DNA of 64,000 nucleotides from Octopus sinensis. Lineage: Eukaryota. The stretch is taken from assembly GCF_006345805.1 (NCBI RefSeq), contig NC_043001.1, forward strand, positions 1,364,001-1,428,000. Reading direction: 5' to 3'. A program made the translations under genes and the position numbers. Under the pieces are notes generated by a model. It worked only from the letters and a program-made list of their open reading frames with translations. It searched no databases and was not told the origin of the DNA. This document shows positions 13,886 to 26,757 of this stretch, one piece after another; the first letter of the stretch is position 1, and every line of letters begins with the position of its first letter.

Positions 13886-13887
<2 letters not shown>
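13652..13887. mobile_element. Foldback element with perfect 71-bp inverted arms inside (TA)n
   Basis: 13652-13722 is the exact reverse complement of 13753-13823, with a 30-bp spacer and (TA)n on both flanks. Confidence 0.9.
13686..13748 (-). ncRNA. Type I hammerhead ribozyme-like motif (CCGAAGA core)
   Basis: Minus strand: agataa-CCGAAGA-gatg..gtgg/ccac..catct-GAAA-ctcagag-T-T-ttatct, with a 6-bp helix I and near-palindromic helix III. Confidence 0.7.
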
Positions 13888-13964
<77 letters not shown>

Positions 13965-14886
13965 TATACATACATCTACGTATATGTATGTTTATTTTGA
14001 GAGGAAGACATGGAGTGAAACTGCAATATTTGCTGTCAACTTGATGGAAACAATGTCACAGCAGTAACGAATTGGACATTTTCTAATCTAATTAGATATT
14101 CTTTTAAATCTATTAATTCTTACTGAAAGGTGGGAGAGAATTCTGCAATGTATTTGCTTAAATTGTTCTGTGGAATATTGGGAGAGTTTATCACAACTTT
14201 TCATAATTACATTGGCAGTACTGGATACAGGCAAAGATGACTAGCAGCACACACACAAACACAACTGGTGCTACAAGAAAATCATCAAGAGTACAATCCA
14301 TAAAGTAATTAGGAATAGGAAGGGTATCAAGCCTTAGAAACCCACCTGAATGACACGTAAGAACCTCTGTCTGTGGTCTCTATCTTTTAAGAGCTGTGGC
14401 TCTTAAAAGCAACAGACTTGGATTGTGCTGACATGTCCAATCCAGCTTAGGAAACAGCAGTTATTAAATGAAATGAAGTCACTCTCACACACACACACTC
14501 ATATTTGCTCATATCAAAAGAGGAGATTGGAAAATTTTTCATTTGATTCTCTGTCTCTAGAATTTCTGATAAGAGATATCCTACATGTTTTCTACAACAT
14601 GTACAAATTAGTAACTCCTGTTAGCAAATGAAACACAATGATACCCAAAAATTTCCTGATCTCCTGTTTTGATGATATTACTCTGCACAAAATATTGTCC
14701 AGTATTTTCAACTCTTATGAAAACTTCAGACAAATATAACATATTCATAAGGATTTGGAATACAGAAATAAGCAGACATGCTTCAAGATGGCACAGTTCA
14801 GATTTTAACCCCATCTACATAATATATATTCATGTGTACATGTATATCAGTATATATAGACAGACATAAATAAATATTTATACTCA

Positions 14887-15299
14887 CATCATCATCATCA
14901 TCATCGTCGTTTAACGTCCGTTCTCCATGCTAGCATGGGTTGGACGGTTCGACCGGGGTTCTGGGAAGCCAGAAGGCTGCACCAGGCTCCAGTCTAATCT
15001 GGCAATGTTTCTACAGCTGGATGCCCTTCCTAACGCCAACCACTCCGTGAGTGTAGTGGGTGCTTTTTACGTGCCACCTGCACAGGTGCCAGGCGGGGCT
15101 GGCAACGGCCACGGTCAGATTGGTGTATTTTATGTGCCACCGGCACGGAAGCCAGTCGAGGCGGTGCTGGCATCGGCCACGAGTCGGATAGTACTTTTTA
15201 CGTACCACCAGACCAGGGATCCTGGCTGGTTCAATTCGATTTCGATTTCGCTTGCCCCAATATGTCCTCACAAGCAAAGGGGGTTGGCATGGGTGCCTG

Positions 15300-15301
<2 letters not shown>
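14887..15301 (-). mobile_element. RTE LINE 3' tail
   Basis: Same tail family as 37757-38293, with a (cat)n end. Confidence 0.9.
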
Positions 15302-15339
<38 letters not shown>

Positions 15340-15767
15340 TTTTTCTCTTTTTAATTATTCTTTATTCTTTTATTTGTTTCAGTCATTTGACAGTGACCAT
15401 GCTGGAGCACTGCCTTTAGTAGAACAAATTGACCCCAGGACTTATTCTGTGTAAATCTAGTACTTATTCTATCGGTCGCTTTTGCTGAACTGCTAAATTA
15501 TGGGGATATAAACACACCAACATTGGTTGTCAAGCGATGGTGGGGGGACAAACATAGACACACACGTACACACACACACATGTACACACACACACACGCA
15601 TATATACAATGGGCTTCTTTCAGTTTCCATCTACCAAATCTACTCACAAGGCTTTGGTCAGGCCGAGGCTATAGTAGGAGACACTTGCACTAGGTGCCAC
15701 ACAGCAAGACTGATCCAAGAACCATGTGGTTGGTAAGCAAGCTTCTTACCACATAACCATGCCTGCT
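15340..15767 (-). mobile_element. Full-length tRNA-derived SINE with internal microsatellite
   Basis: Reverse complement of the SINE halves at 36876-37060 and 38322-38572. Confidence 0.85.
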
Positions 15768-15794
15768 TGGTCGGTGAACCCCATTTATTAGAAG

Positions 15795-16025
15795 CATCAT
15801 CATCATCGTTTAACGTCCGCTTTCCATGCTAGCATGGGTTGGACGGTTCAACTGGGGTCTGGGAAGCAAGAAGGCTGCACCAGGCCCAGTCTGATCTGGT
15901 AGTGTTTCTATCGCTGGATGCCCTTCCTAACGCCAACCACTCCGTGAGTGTAGTGGGTGCTTTTTACGTGCCACCCACACAGGTGCCATACGGGGCTGGT
16001 AAACGGCTACGGACGGATGGTGCTT
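15795..16025 (-). mobile_element. RTE LINE 3' tail
   Basis: Same conserved tail and (cat)n end. Confidence 0.9.
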
Positions 16026-17454
16026 ATGGCCTTCATCCCTTCCCACAAGTTGTTACGAACTTGTCACTATAAACAGATGACACAACAAATATAATTAGTG
16101 TCCAGAGGTAAAACCATTCTTCCACCATTTATAAAAGCATGGGCAAAAACAACAGTATGGAGTCAACAGCAGTTGAAAGAAAATCATGGCATCCATAGAT
16201 TAGGTATGGACCTCTTGATCTGTTGTAGCAGCCAGGTGGGCCTATATCTTCATGACAACATCGTTTATAATTCACTTTAAAGTTACAGGTAGACTATGAC
16301 TTATGTGAAGTACCTTTAGCACAATAGACACTAAAACCATCCTTGAAATTCAAAGACATGCTGATTTCACATCCAGTAACATAAATTCTTGCCCCAAAAT
16401 GAAGATTGAAAAATCAGAACAAACTCAGCACTGCACAATCTCTAGACTAGTAGACTAGCAGACAGCCAATATCCTGTCTGTTAGATAATTAAAGCAATAA
16501 AAAATATAACCTTACTGACCCAAGAGTAATAAAATTTATTAAGCAGGACAAGCAACATTCCGAAAGCATTTTATCACTGAGAGACACTACAGGAAGAAAT
16601 GAAATCAATGATATATTATTAATGCACACAGGGAATATCTAAAGGTAGTTCACTTGTCATTGATTGCAGTCAGTTATTTTATGTATCCAGAGCTGGTTCC
16701 AACTTTCCAAAAATAGCAGGAGAGAATATAAATCATAAGATACTATTTATTAAGTCATTTTAAAATATATGAATGAGAGAGAAATGTTTACTGAAACCAA
16801 AAGAAGAATAAGAAAAAAATTTCTCCTTTTTCTTTTGCTCAGCACACACACACACGCACACGCACATCTTTATATATTGATGTGTGTGCATGTGTGTGAG
16901 CACATTAATATATACAAATACATACATAAATATATATCCATGTGTGTGTGCCTTTATTTACACTTTATTTTACATCTGAAATACAGCATCAAATTGAATT
17001 GAGTCTAAGTAGATACATAGGATATATAGTCTAAGTAGATATACCCATTTATATTTGCACACATATCTAAACACACACACACACACACCTGGGTACATAA
17101 TTATACATATACACTGAAACACACACAAGCAGGTGCACACACACATTTTGTTGGTGTTCAATTAGGAGTTTCTGTTGACTGACAAAACATGTCACCTACA
17201 ACTTATAGATTAAGGGTTCAGTATTCAGCCTTAGATCACAGATTTTCAAGCTTTGAGAGAAGAACAGCTCCCTATAAACATACAAGACTAAAGTGTCATA
17301 GAGTTGCTATCGTTATTTAGTCCCAGATTAAACCTGGTCAAACGAACCTTTGATCCAGGAGTAAGAATCTTGGGTTGCTTTCAGATATGGTTCTGTTTTG
17401 TTTTATCCATCACAGCAACAACTGTGTGTGAGTGTTTGTGTGTCTGTGTGTAAG

Positions 17455-17477
17455 TACACATATATAAGTATGTGTAT

Positions 17478-17508
<31 letters not shown>

Positions 17509-17600
17509 CATATATATACATAGCATTTATATATATATTCATATATATACATATATATATACACACACATATATATGCATACAATTATACACATATATAA

Positions 17601-17641
<41 letters not shown>

Positions 17642-17805
17642 GCATTTATATATACATTCATATATATACATATATATATACACACATATATATAAATATA
17701 ATTATACATACATATACACCTATATATATATATATATATATACATATAAATATACACATACATATATACATACATATGTGTGTGTGTATGTATATATATA
17801 TATAT
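17455..17805. repeat. Compound (TA)/(CA) low-complexity tract
   Basis: Direct reading; acatagcatttatata occurs twice, about 119 bp apart. Confidence 0.9.
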
Positions 17806-18248
17806 AAATGAATACAAGCATATTTTCCTGGAATATAAAAGTATTACAAAAGAGACTCTTCTTGACAATGAACCTATCTTCCCCCTACCACTGCCACCAC
17901 CACCCCCACGACTGCTGATAACAAAGTTTCTCAAGATATGTGTTTGGTTTAAGTGTCTTTGAAAAAAGCCAACAGGATGTGCTAAACTTTGGTAATATTT
18001 GGAATAGTAAACATTGTTCTGTTTACATCATAAATTTTCTATGAAGTTGTCTTTAGATTTAGTTATTGCACCACACCTGTAGAAAAGCAAAGTAGAGAGA
18101 AAGAGAGGGAGAGAGGAGAAAAGAGAAAGAAAGAGAGAGATGGGAGAAGAGAGAGAAAGAAAGAGAGAGAGGAGAAGAGAGAGGGAGGAAAGGATGGTTG
18201 AGTAGAGGAAAAAGAATGTGTCTATATATATATATATATACTTACATG

Positions 18249-18280
<32 letters not shown>

Positions 18281-19136
18281 ATGAGAAAGAGAGAGAAAGA
18301 GTAAGAGATGGAGGAGTAAGAGAAAGACAGAAGGTGGGAGAGAATCTTCGTCGTCCTCCTCCTCCTCCTCATCATCATCATCATTTAAAGTTCATATTCT
18401 ATGGATGATGATAAGCCAGAATCTGATGGGATCAATTTCTACATCAGACTCCCATACTCCCTTTTACCTGGCTGGATGCCTTTCCTAATGCTAACCCCTT
18501 AACAGAATGCTCTGGGATCTGTTGTTATGATATTAGCTCATGTGAGATAGCCATTGAGCCTGTAAGACTAGGATATCCTTTAAGGGGGTAGGGCTGCAGT
18601 TGGGGAGGAAATGGCTTTATGCAAAAGGATGAAGGATTAAAGGATGAGAGAGAAAAGACCAGCACAGGATGGGTTTCTCACTGTTGGGAAGCTTAATGGT
18701 CAGAAGAAAGGGTGGGAGTGTCCAGGGTGGAGCTGAAGAAAAAAGAGACAAAAACCATGGTGATGAGGTGTCTGGGTGGATATTCAACGTACAAGATGAG
18801 TGGAAGAGAATGGGAAGAGGAGAATTGAGAGTGTGAGTGGGTGGAGGGTAAAAAGATAAGGAAAAGTAAGAGGTGAGAAATGGATGAGGGGGAATATAAA
18901 GAAGAACAGGTGTTGAAAGATACAGGTGTGGATAGTAGGGAAGAGTAGGTGACAACTGTAGAAACTAACTAAAGTTGAAGGGTGAATATAGTGAATGGTA
19001 GATCGGGTGGTGGCCCCAGTGATACGTATGAATTTGGGGTGGATAAACAGCAGAGAGTAGATGTTGACAGAAAAGGGTGTGGGTGGAAAGCATTAGAACC
19101 ATAGCAGACAAGGGAAAGAATACATATATTTACATA

Positions 19137-19978
19137 CAGGTTGCAGTGAATAAACTGTTGTCTAAATTACGCAAAAGTGAAAATAACTTAGACATCTTAT
19201 TTTAACAGATATATTTACCAAAATTACATTAAAATATCTTGAAATACTAAAGAGTAAATTTATTCAATAAAATTGCCATGGGCTTCAACCACAGCCTCCA
19301 GACGGCTTGGGAACCTCCTGCAACTCTTCTGGATGATCTCCTTGTTAAACAAGTTGGTGAATGGTGCCATAATCCTTGCCTTCAGTTCATCTTTGGTGTT
19401 ACAACTGTACCACACACATAACAATCAAGGGGGCTGCAGTCTGGAGAGTTAGGTGGCTAGATGTTAGGGGTGATGTGGTTGAAGAAATTGTCTGACAGCC
19501 ATGACTGGGTTCTTCTGCTTGTGTGGCGTGGTGCAGGGTCCTGTTGCCAGACATAGGGTCGTCTTCCAGAAGCCACCCTCTTGACCCAGGGCAGCACTAT
19601 CTCCTCCAAGCACTTGAAATAGTCTTCTGTGTTCAGTCTGATGCTGTGTGGGAAGATGAATGGTGGCATAACATCACCATTAGTAGGGATCACTCCAAAT
19701 ACCTTGATGTTGACTGGATGTTTGATTTTTATCACTCTCAGTACATGTCCTCAGACTGAGACTCAAACACTCTGAAATGTTTGTATCGGAGCTTCTCATG
19801 CAAATGCCAAGCAGTACAACATGGTTGTTTACAAATTTCTGGCAGAGTGAATTGTATCATGGTGCAGTTTTTCTTACAGATGCTGCCCTTCTATTCTGTG
19901 CAGCCAACAAAATCAAAAACAATGCACATGCTCATAATTAAATCTATAAAATGGCGACAACTTACCCATTGCACCCTG
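19137..19978 (-). mobile_element. Internally deleted maT (DD37D) Tc1/mariner transposon
   Basis: TA flanks; TIRs caggttgcagtg / cattgcaccctg. Minus frame WQQD-PAPRHT...*PPNSPDCSPL-D has 37 residues between the last two Asp. Confidence 0.88.
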
Positions 19979-20459
19979 TATATACCTAAACATACACATA
20001 TAGGACATGTCTTTCTGTCAGTTTTTCTTTCTTTGCATCTCTCTTGCCTTCCTCCCTCTCTATTCCTCTTTCTTTCCCTCCCTTCTTCCTTCATTCTGAC
20101 TTTCTGTCTCTCCATCTTCCATCTCCAGTCCTACACACCATTTTTATTTTCCTTTGCATTACCCCACATCTGCTGGTCTTGTGGCTGCATGGCTTTTTAT
20201 TTTGTTGTGCTTGTTTTTGTCATTGTCCGGTAGATTTATTTGCTACTCCCAGGGGATTGTCGCAACTGACAGCACCAAAAGCGAACAATATCAATGCAGA
20301 AGGCACAAAATTCTAAAAATATTTGGGACGTTGACTGATGAGGAATTTGCTATGAATATTTTGTTTGTTATGTTTTTGTAAATTTTTGAAATACATATAT
20401 TTTCCATGTTAACGGTAAACAAAGGATAACTCATTCATCCATTTATATATATATATATA

Positions 20460-20616
20460 CCGGAGTAAACACATAAATGTGAGACAAGGTGGAAAAAAGA
20501 GTACACAAATACCAGTGGTAGAGTAATATGCTTTATTTAAAGCAGCAGAAAATTCAACAAAACCTGTTACTCTGAGTTTCACGTTGCCATTCGTCGGACT
20601 GCTGCTTTAAATAAAG
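20460..20616 (-). mobile_element. Head-to-head foldback element with hammerhead-like motif
   Basis: Perfect 18-bp inverted repeat 20531-20548 / 20599-20616, with TA runs on both flanks. Confidence 0.7.
20563..20599 (-). ncRNA. Minimal hammerhead ribozyme-like motif (CCGACGA core), 5' helix I truncated
   Basis: Minus strand: gt-CCGACGA-atg(gcaa)cgt-GAAA-ctcagag-T-A-acagg. Confidence 0.65.
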
Positions 20617-20626
20617 TCTATATATA

Positions 20627-21790
20627 TTTATTCATCATAGTCCTCCAGGCAATAACAGAGGAATTCAAAACAGGTTGCCCCTGGGAGCTCCTCTATGCTG
20701 ATGACCTGGCTCTCATTGCAAGATTCACTACTGGAACTAGAAAAGAAATTTCGGGTGTGGAAGCAAGGGTTAAAATCAAAGGGCCTTAGAGTAAATGTAG
20801 CAAAGACCAAAGTTATAGTAAGCAGAAAGGCGAACAGAGCACACACCCCCTCGGGTAGGTTGCCCTGCTTGATCTGTAGGAAAGGTGTAGGTAGAAACTC
20901 CATAAGATGCACCCAGTGTAAGCTATGGACGCATAAGAGGTGCAGCAACATCAAAGGGAAATTAACTGATAAGATAGCTTTCATGTGCGGCAGATGCACA
21001 GGGACAATAGACACCACAGATATTCAGAAAACAGATTCCATCACACTCCAGGGGAAGAAACTAGAAGTAGTTGATAGTTTCCGCTACCTGGGTGGCCAAG
21101 TTAGTAGTGGAGGTGGATGCTCAGAGAGTGTCACCACTAGAATACGAATAGCCTGGGCAAAGTTCAGAAAGCTCCTACCCCTACTGGCGACAAAGGGTCT
21201 CTCGCTCAGAGTGAAAGGTAGATTGTATGATGCATGTGTGCGAACTGCCATGCTTCACGGTAATGAAACATGGGCTATGACTGCAGAGGACATGCGTAGA
21301 CTTGAAAGAAATGAAGCTAGCATGATCCACTGGATGTGTAATGTCAGTGTGCGTGCACGATAGAGGGTAAGCACCCCGAGAAAAATGCTGGACATAAGAA
21401 GCATCAGATGTGGTGTGCAAGAGCGACGCTTGCGATGGTATGGCCATGTACTGCGGATGGATGAGGAGAGATGTGTGAAGAAGTGCCACTCCCAAACAGT
21501 TGAAGGTATCAGGGGGAGAGGTAGACCCAGGAAGACATGGGATGGGGTAGTCACGCATGACCTCAGAGTGTTGGGCCTCACTGAGGCAATGGCGAAGGAC
21601 CGAGATCTCTGGAGATATGCTGTGACTGCAAAGACCCGGGCTGCTTCCTGCACCAGTTCCGCATAGCCCCTGCCCATTCAAAGTACCTTGAATTCCAGAA
21701 CTCTAGAAACTCTACCTTAATATACTCTGTCTGACCAATGCAAGCATGAAAAATGGGGGACATTAAAATGTCGATGCTGATGATGATGAT
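20627..21790 (+). mobile_element. 5'-truncated RTE LINE (RT C-terminal part with PHD-type insert)
   Basis: LLYADDL (YADD at 20694-20705), frameshift, then LRVNVAKTK, FRYLG, RIRIAWAKF, ERRLRWYGHVLRM and GRGRPRKTW; (gat)n tail. Confidence 0.93.
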
Positions 21791-22418
21791 GTATACAAAC
21801 GCAAAGAGGAACATATATTCATCTGGCAACATCCCCACCTTGATACAAAATCTATTGGAAGGTCATTCAAATGGAAACTTGACAGTCTTATATGTCAAAA
21901 GTTTCTGCTCAAAACGAATTACGATTATTGCAAGTCCACAAAATTTAATTATAAATTTATAGATGTTATCAGTTCAGATATATTGGCTGCTTACATATTT
22001 TCCACCATAGTTATCTTCAGTTTTCTACTTGTACACACCAAACACCTCTCATTTCTTTCCAGCATAAATATATATACATCACTCTTTTATTTTAATTGTG
22101 TGTGTGTGTGTGTGTACATATATATATATATACACACACTTGCACACATACTTGTATGTTCATATATATATATATATATATATGATATATATAAATAATA
22201 TTTATATAAATTATACATATGTGTAATATATAAATATACATAATGTATATATAATATCTACATATATCAGTCTACAGTGATGTGTAAACATTCATATACT
22301 TTATATCTCTTGTGACCTCCAATTTTGGAAATAATATTTTTACTTGAAAACACAAAAGAAATTTCATTTGGGTGAAATTTATCAGAGAGACAGATATATA
22401 TATGTGTGTGTGTATGTA

Positions 22419-22459
<41 letters not shown>

Positions 22460-23306
22460 ATATAGAGTGAGAGAGATTGGGAGAGAGAGAAATGGAGGAT
22501 AGAGAAGAGAGAGAGAAATTTACTCTTGTTTATATTTACTTGTTTTCTATAATTTTTCAGTTTGTTATGTTTATTTCCTCATATTTATTCATTTTGTATT
22601 TCGTTATATTATTTTTTTTAAAGTTTGTTAACTTGTTATTGTTACCTTGGCATTTGTTGTTGTTGTTATTAGTTCATATCACAAACAAACAAATAAAAAC
22701 AGAAAAAAATGTTAAATGTTTTCTTCAATAAACACGAATGATCTCTTGTTTATTATACCCCTAGAATCATTTTGTTTAATAAATCAAATACTAATTGAGT
22801 GTTCATTCATTGTGTTCGGCTTTTTTTGCAGAAATAATATTTATAGCCTTCCATTCACCTTGACTATAAATAATATTTATTATAGAAATAAAGAGAAGTG
22901 AATTTCAGGGCGGAATATTAAAGTGCTTTCTCAGTATTTAGTTTCATCTTTCTGAATTCCAAGTTCAAAATGAGCAAAGTATAGTTTACACCTGAGTTCT
23001 ATGATCAACAAACAGGTATGGTATGGCCATGGATTTTAAAGAAGTCTGTTTCTCACGCATGTGATTTTTGGTTCAGTCTCACAGCACTTCAGGTACAAGT
23101 GTCTTATACTGTAGATCCAGGCTAATCAATGCATTTCGAGTGAATTCAGCAAATCAAATTACACAAAGCCAGTCACATACATCTGAATGTACACACACAC
23201 ACACGTGTATGTATATATATATATGTATATATACATATATATATGTATATATATATATGTATATATGTATATATACATATATATGTATATACTTATATAT
23301 GTATAT

Positions 23307-23410
<104 letters not shown>

Positions 23411-23411
23411 A

Positions 23412-24090
23412 TTAGGTTGGCAGCTAAGTTACTGTGGTTTTTTAAAATTTTGGAATCTTTGAGAATTCTATTTTTGAATCATTTTGGAAGCTATTTTGTT
23501 TTTCTTTTAGTTAGTTTTAGTTAATTTTTGCTTATTTTCAGATCGTTAAAATGGAATGTCAAGTTAAGAAAAACGAGCATTTTTGACACCTCCTTCTTTT
23601 TGCTTTTAATCAAGGTTCTAAGGTCGCAAAAGATACCTGTGACATTTGTGCTGTGTATGGAGAGGGTGCTATAGCTGAAAGAACTGCTCATTAATGGTAT
23701 GCAAAGTTCAAAAATGGAAATTTTAACCTCAAAGATGCACCTCGTTCTGGCCATCCAGTTGAGTTCAATGAAGAGCAATTAAACCAACTGTTGAACAAAA
23801 ATTCTCATCAAAGGACAAGGAAACTAGCAGAGAAAATGGAATGCTTCCCCACTGCTATAGAGAAGCATCTTCACGCGATAGGAAATGTTCAGAGGTATGG
23901 AGCATGGGTTCTGCATGCTTTAAGGGACATCAACAAAAATCAGTGAGCCACAATCTCCGCTGGTTTGCTTACTCGTCCCTGCTCAACTCATGAACACAAG
24001 CAACGATTTCTTTACCCAATTGTTACTGTCGACGAAAAATGGTGCCTGTATATCAATATGAAGCAGCGTAAGGAATAGCTTAGCCCCGGT
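23412..24090 (+). mobile_element. Mariner transposon 5' fragment (pseudogenised transposase)
   Basis: TA|ttaggttggc end. The frame from ATG 23551 reads through stops as WYAKFKNGNFNLKDAPRSGHP...WVLHAL...IVTVDEKW. Confidence 0.9.
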
Positions 24091-25749
24091 AACACTGGTG
24101 CTTGATGGATACTTTTCGTTTTCCAACTCTGGAAGGACGAGAGACAAAGTTGAGCTGGACAAGGAGCTGAACATAGAATGTAATGAAAGGGTCAGTGGCT
24201 GATGTTCATCAATGGTTGAAATGTTATTAAGAGGATGAGAAATAGCTTTCTCCATGGATAAGATACAAGTCTATGGAAGGTGACATTCCCTTATCAGATA
24301 AAATCATATTTTTACTTCTGACATCTCAGTAAATTCACACCTCCCCTTGCTGATCCCTCTTCTCACCCACCCCATCACTGTTACAATTTTTAAAACTGAC
24401 AGAATTCCATGAGTGAAGTGGAGGTTGGGGGAGAAGTCTCAAATCTATTCATATCAAATGTATTTCACGTGGAAGGCTTCATTCTTTGTCTGGTTTAGCA
24501 GCATTTCTGATGTTTTGGGTACCTTCAACGAAGGAGTCCAATCTTTTGCTGGAATTTGGTACAGGACTATGGCAGGAAGTTAGCATCAAAGCACACTCAC
24601 ATTAAGATTCAGGGCCCTGAAGAGTGCTATAAGTAGAGCTATTCCACCTGAGTGAATGATTAATTAGAAAAGGTAAGGTAAGAATGAGGGTGATCATCAT
24701 CATCATCAGCATGGCAATGATGATAATGATGAGATTACAGTGGTGAGGATGATTGTGATGATGGTGATGATGATGGTGATGATGACTGTGATGATGATGA
24801 TGATGATGCTTTCATAACCCACGGCCATGAAACATTCACAAATCACCAAAAATTCTGTCTGCAGCAAAGAAACTACAAAACCTGTTATGAAGTGGAAGCC
24901 ATTTACCATTATTTGTCATCTCCTCTGAAGGATGTCAGTGATAGATGTATGGAAATTGAAAGAATGGTGGGAGGGGGGGATAATGGTGGGGGGGTAGGGG
25001 GAATGAATGTTGTAATGAATATCTACAGTCATCGCCTTATAAATTATTTGACTGGCACAAGTTTACTGATTGGTGCACAAGGACCAATTAATAACCAATG
25101 AAATTTTCTTGTGTCCCTTTTTTTGGTTTTGTTATTCATTTTTATTATTATTATTTCTTTTGAAAAGAACATTTCCATCCCTTGCGTCTCCATCAGCTCA
25201 ACTATATAATTACTTTAATTAGTTAGCATGTGCAGCGCAAGAACGTATCACTAACGACTACCACCAAAGCAAGGCAGCAGCAGCAGCAGCAGCAGCAATT
25301 GTAGTAGTTGATGATGATGATGATGATGATTGTTGGGGTTGGTGAGGTTGTTGTTAACAGTAAGAGGTCAGGGTAGAGAGAAAGTTCTTTAAGACTAAAG
25401 ATGCAGAAAGGCAGTGGAAAGAGAATCCTTGTCTTATCATAAGAGATTGACGACTGGGGCATTCGGCTTTACAGCTGCACACACACACACAGACATGCAC
25501 ACATGCACGTGCGTGCACACACACATCGCTTAAAATTATAAAAAAAGTTTAAAAAAATAGAGACAGGTGACAGAACAACAAACAAGGGTGTATTAGCTTG
25601 GCACTTGGGAAAAATGGAAGAAGTCTTTGATGTTTCAAGCCTATGTTCTTCAACAGAAAAGAATGAGGAGAGAAAATAGATGGAGGAAGGCAAAATGGAG
25701 ATGGAAAAAGAAAAGAAACAGGTCTGGGCTAACAGTTGTCAAATTATAT

Positions 25750-25784
<35 letters not shown>

Positions 25785-25884
25785 TACATAGATACAGAAA
25801 GAGAGAGGGAGAAAGAGAAGGAAATTAAGCAGTCATCAAAAGGATCTGACTACAGGTAAGGGTAAACGTGTTATAATATGCGTG

Positions 25885-25970
25885 TTGGTGGTGGTGGTGG
25901 AGGTGGTGGTGGTATTGGTGGTGGTGGTGGTGGAGGTGGTGGATGTGGTGGTGGTGTTGGAGGTAGTGGA
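25885..25970. repeat. (GGT)n imperfect microsatellite
   Basis: Direct reading. Confidence 0.9.
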
Positions 25971-26519
25971 AGCTCTCTTCTCATTTTCTTGAGTTGGTGT
26001 CAAGTATCTAATTAAGCCTTTAATTTCTTTTAATTTCTATTTATCAACTCGTTTGCATGAAAGTGTGTGTGTGTGTGGTGTGTGTGTGTGTGTGTGTGTG
26101 TGGTGCGTGTGTGTGTGTGTATAAATGTGTGCATGTTAGGGTTTTCTTGTCTTGGCACTGCTTGAGAGGTGTAAATGAGTCATTCCCTTCCAGAATTCTG
26201 TGAGAACACGTTTGGCCATGAAGAAATATTACCTTATTTGGGAACAAGTGAGTGTTGGTAAAAGAAAGGCTCTCTGACCACAGAAAATTGGCCTCAAACA
26301 AGCTGTGTCTAACTCCTGCAAGCATAGAAAAATGGATGTTAAATAATGATGAGGATGGACTAGACACACACTGAATTTGCCACCAAGAATCAAACCTCAG
26401 TCTTTTTGCTTCTTCCCATTGTTATTGGAATCTTTCTCTCAGAATTTATAAGTGGCATTTCTCAAGTTTGTCACCATCTTTGGTGAGATAGAGTTTACTT
26501 TAGACAAGCTTATCCACTT

Positions 26520-26757
26520 CATCATCATCATCATCCGTCATCATCATTATCATCATCGTTTAACGTCTGCTTTCCATGCTAGCATGGGTTGGACAGTTCG
26601 AGCGGGATCCGGGAAGCCAGGGGGCTGCACCAGGCACCAGTCTGATCTGGCAGTGTTTCTATGGCTGGATGCCCTTCCTGATGCCAACCACTCCGTGAGC
26701 GTAGTGGGTGCTTTTTACGTGCCACCAACATGGACGCCAGTCAAGGTGGTGCTAACC
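26520..26757 (-). mobile_element. RTE LINE 3' tail
   Basis: Conserved tail and (cat)n end. Confidence 0.88.
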
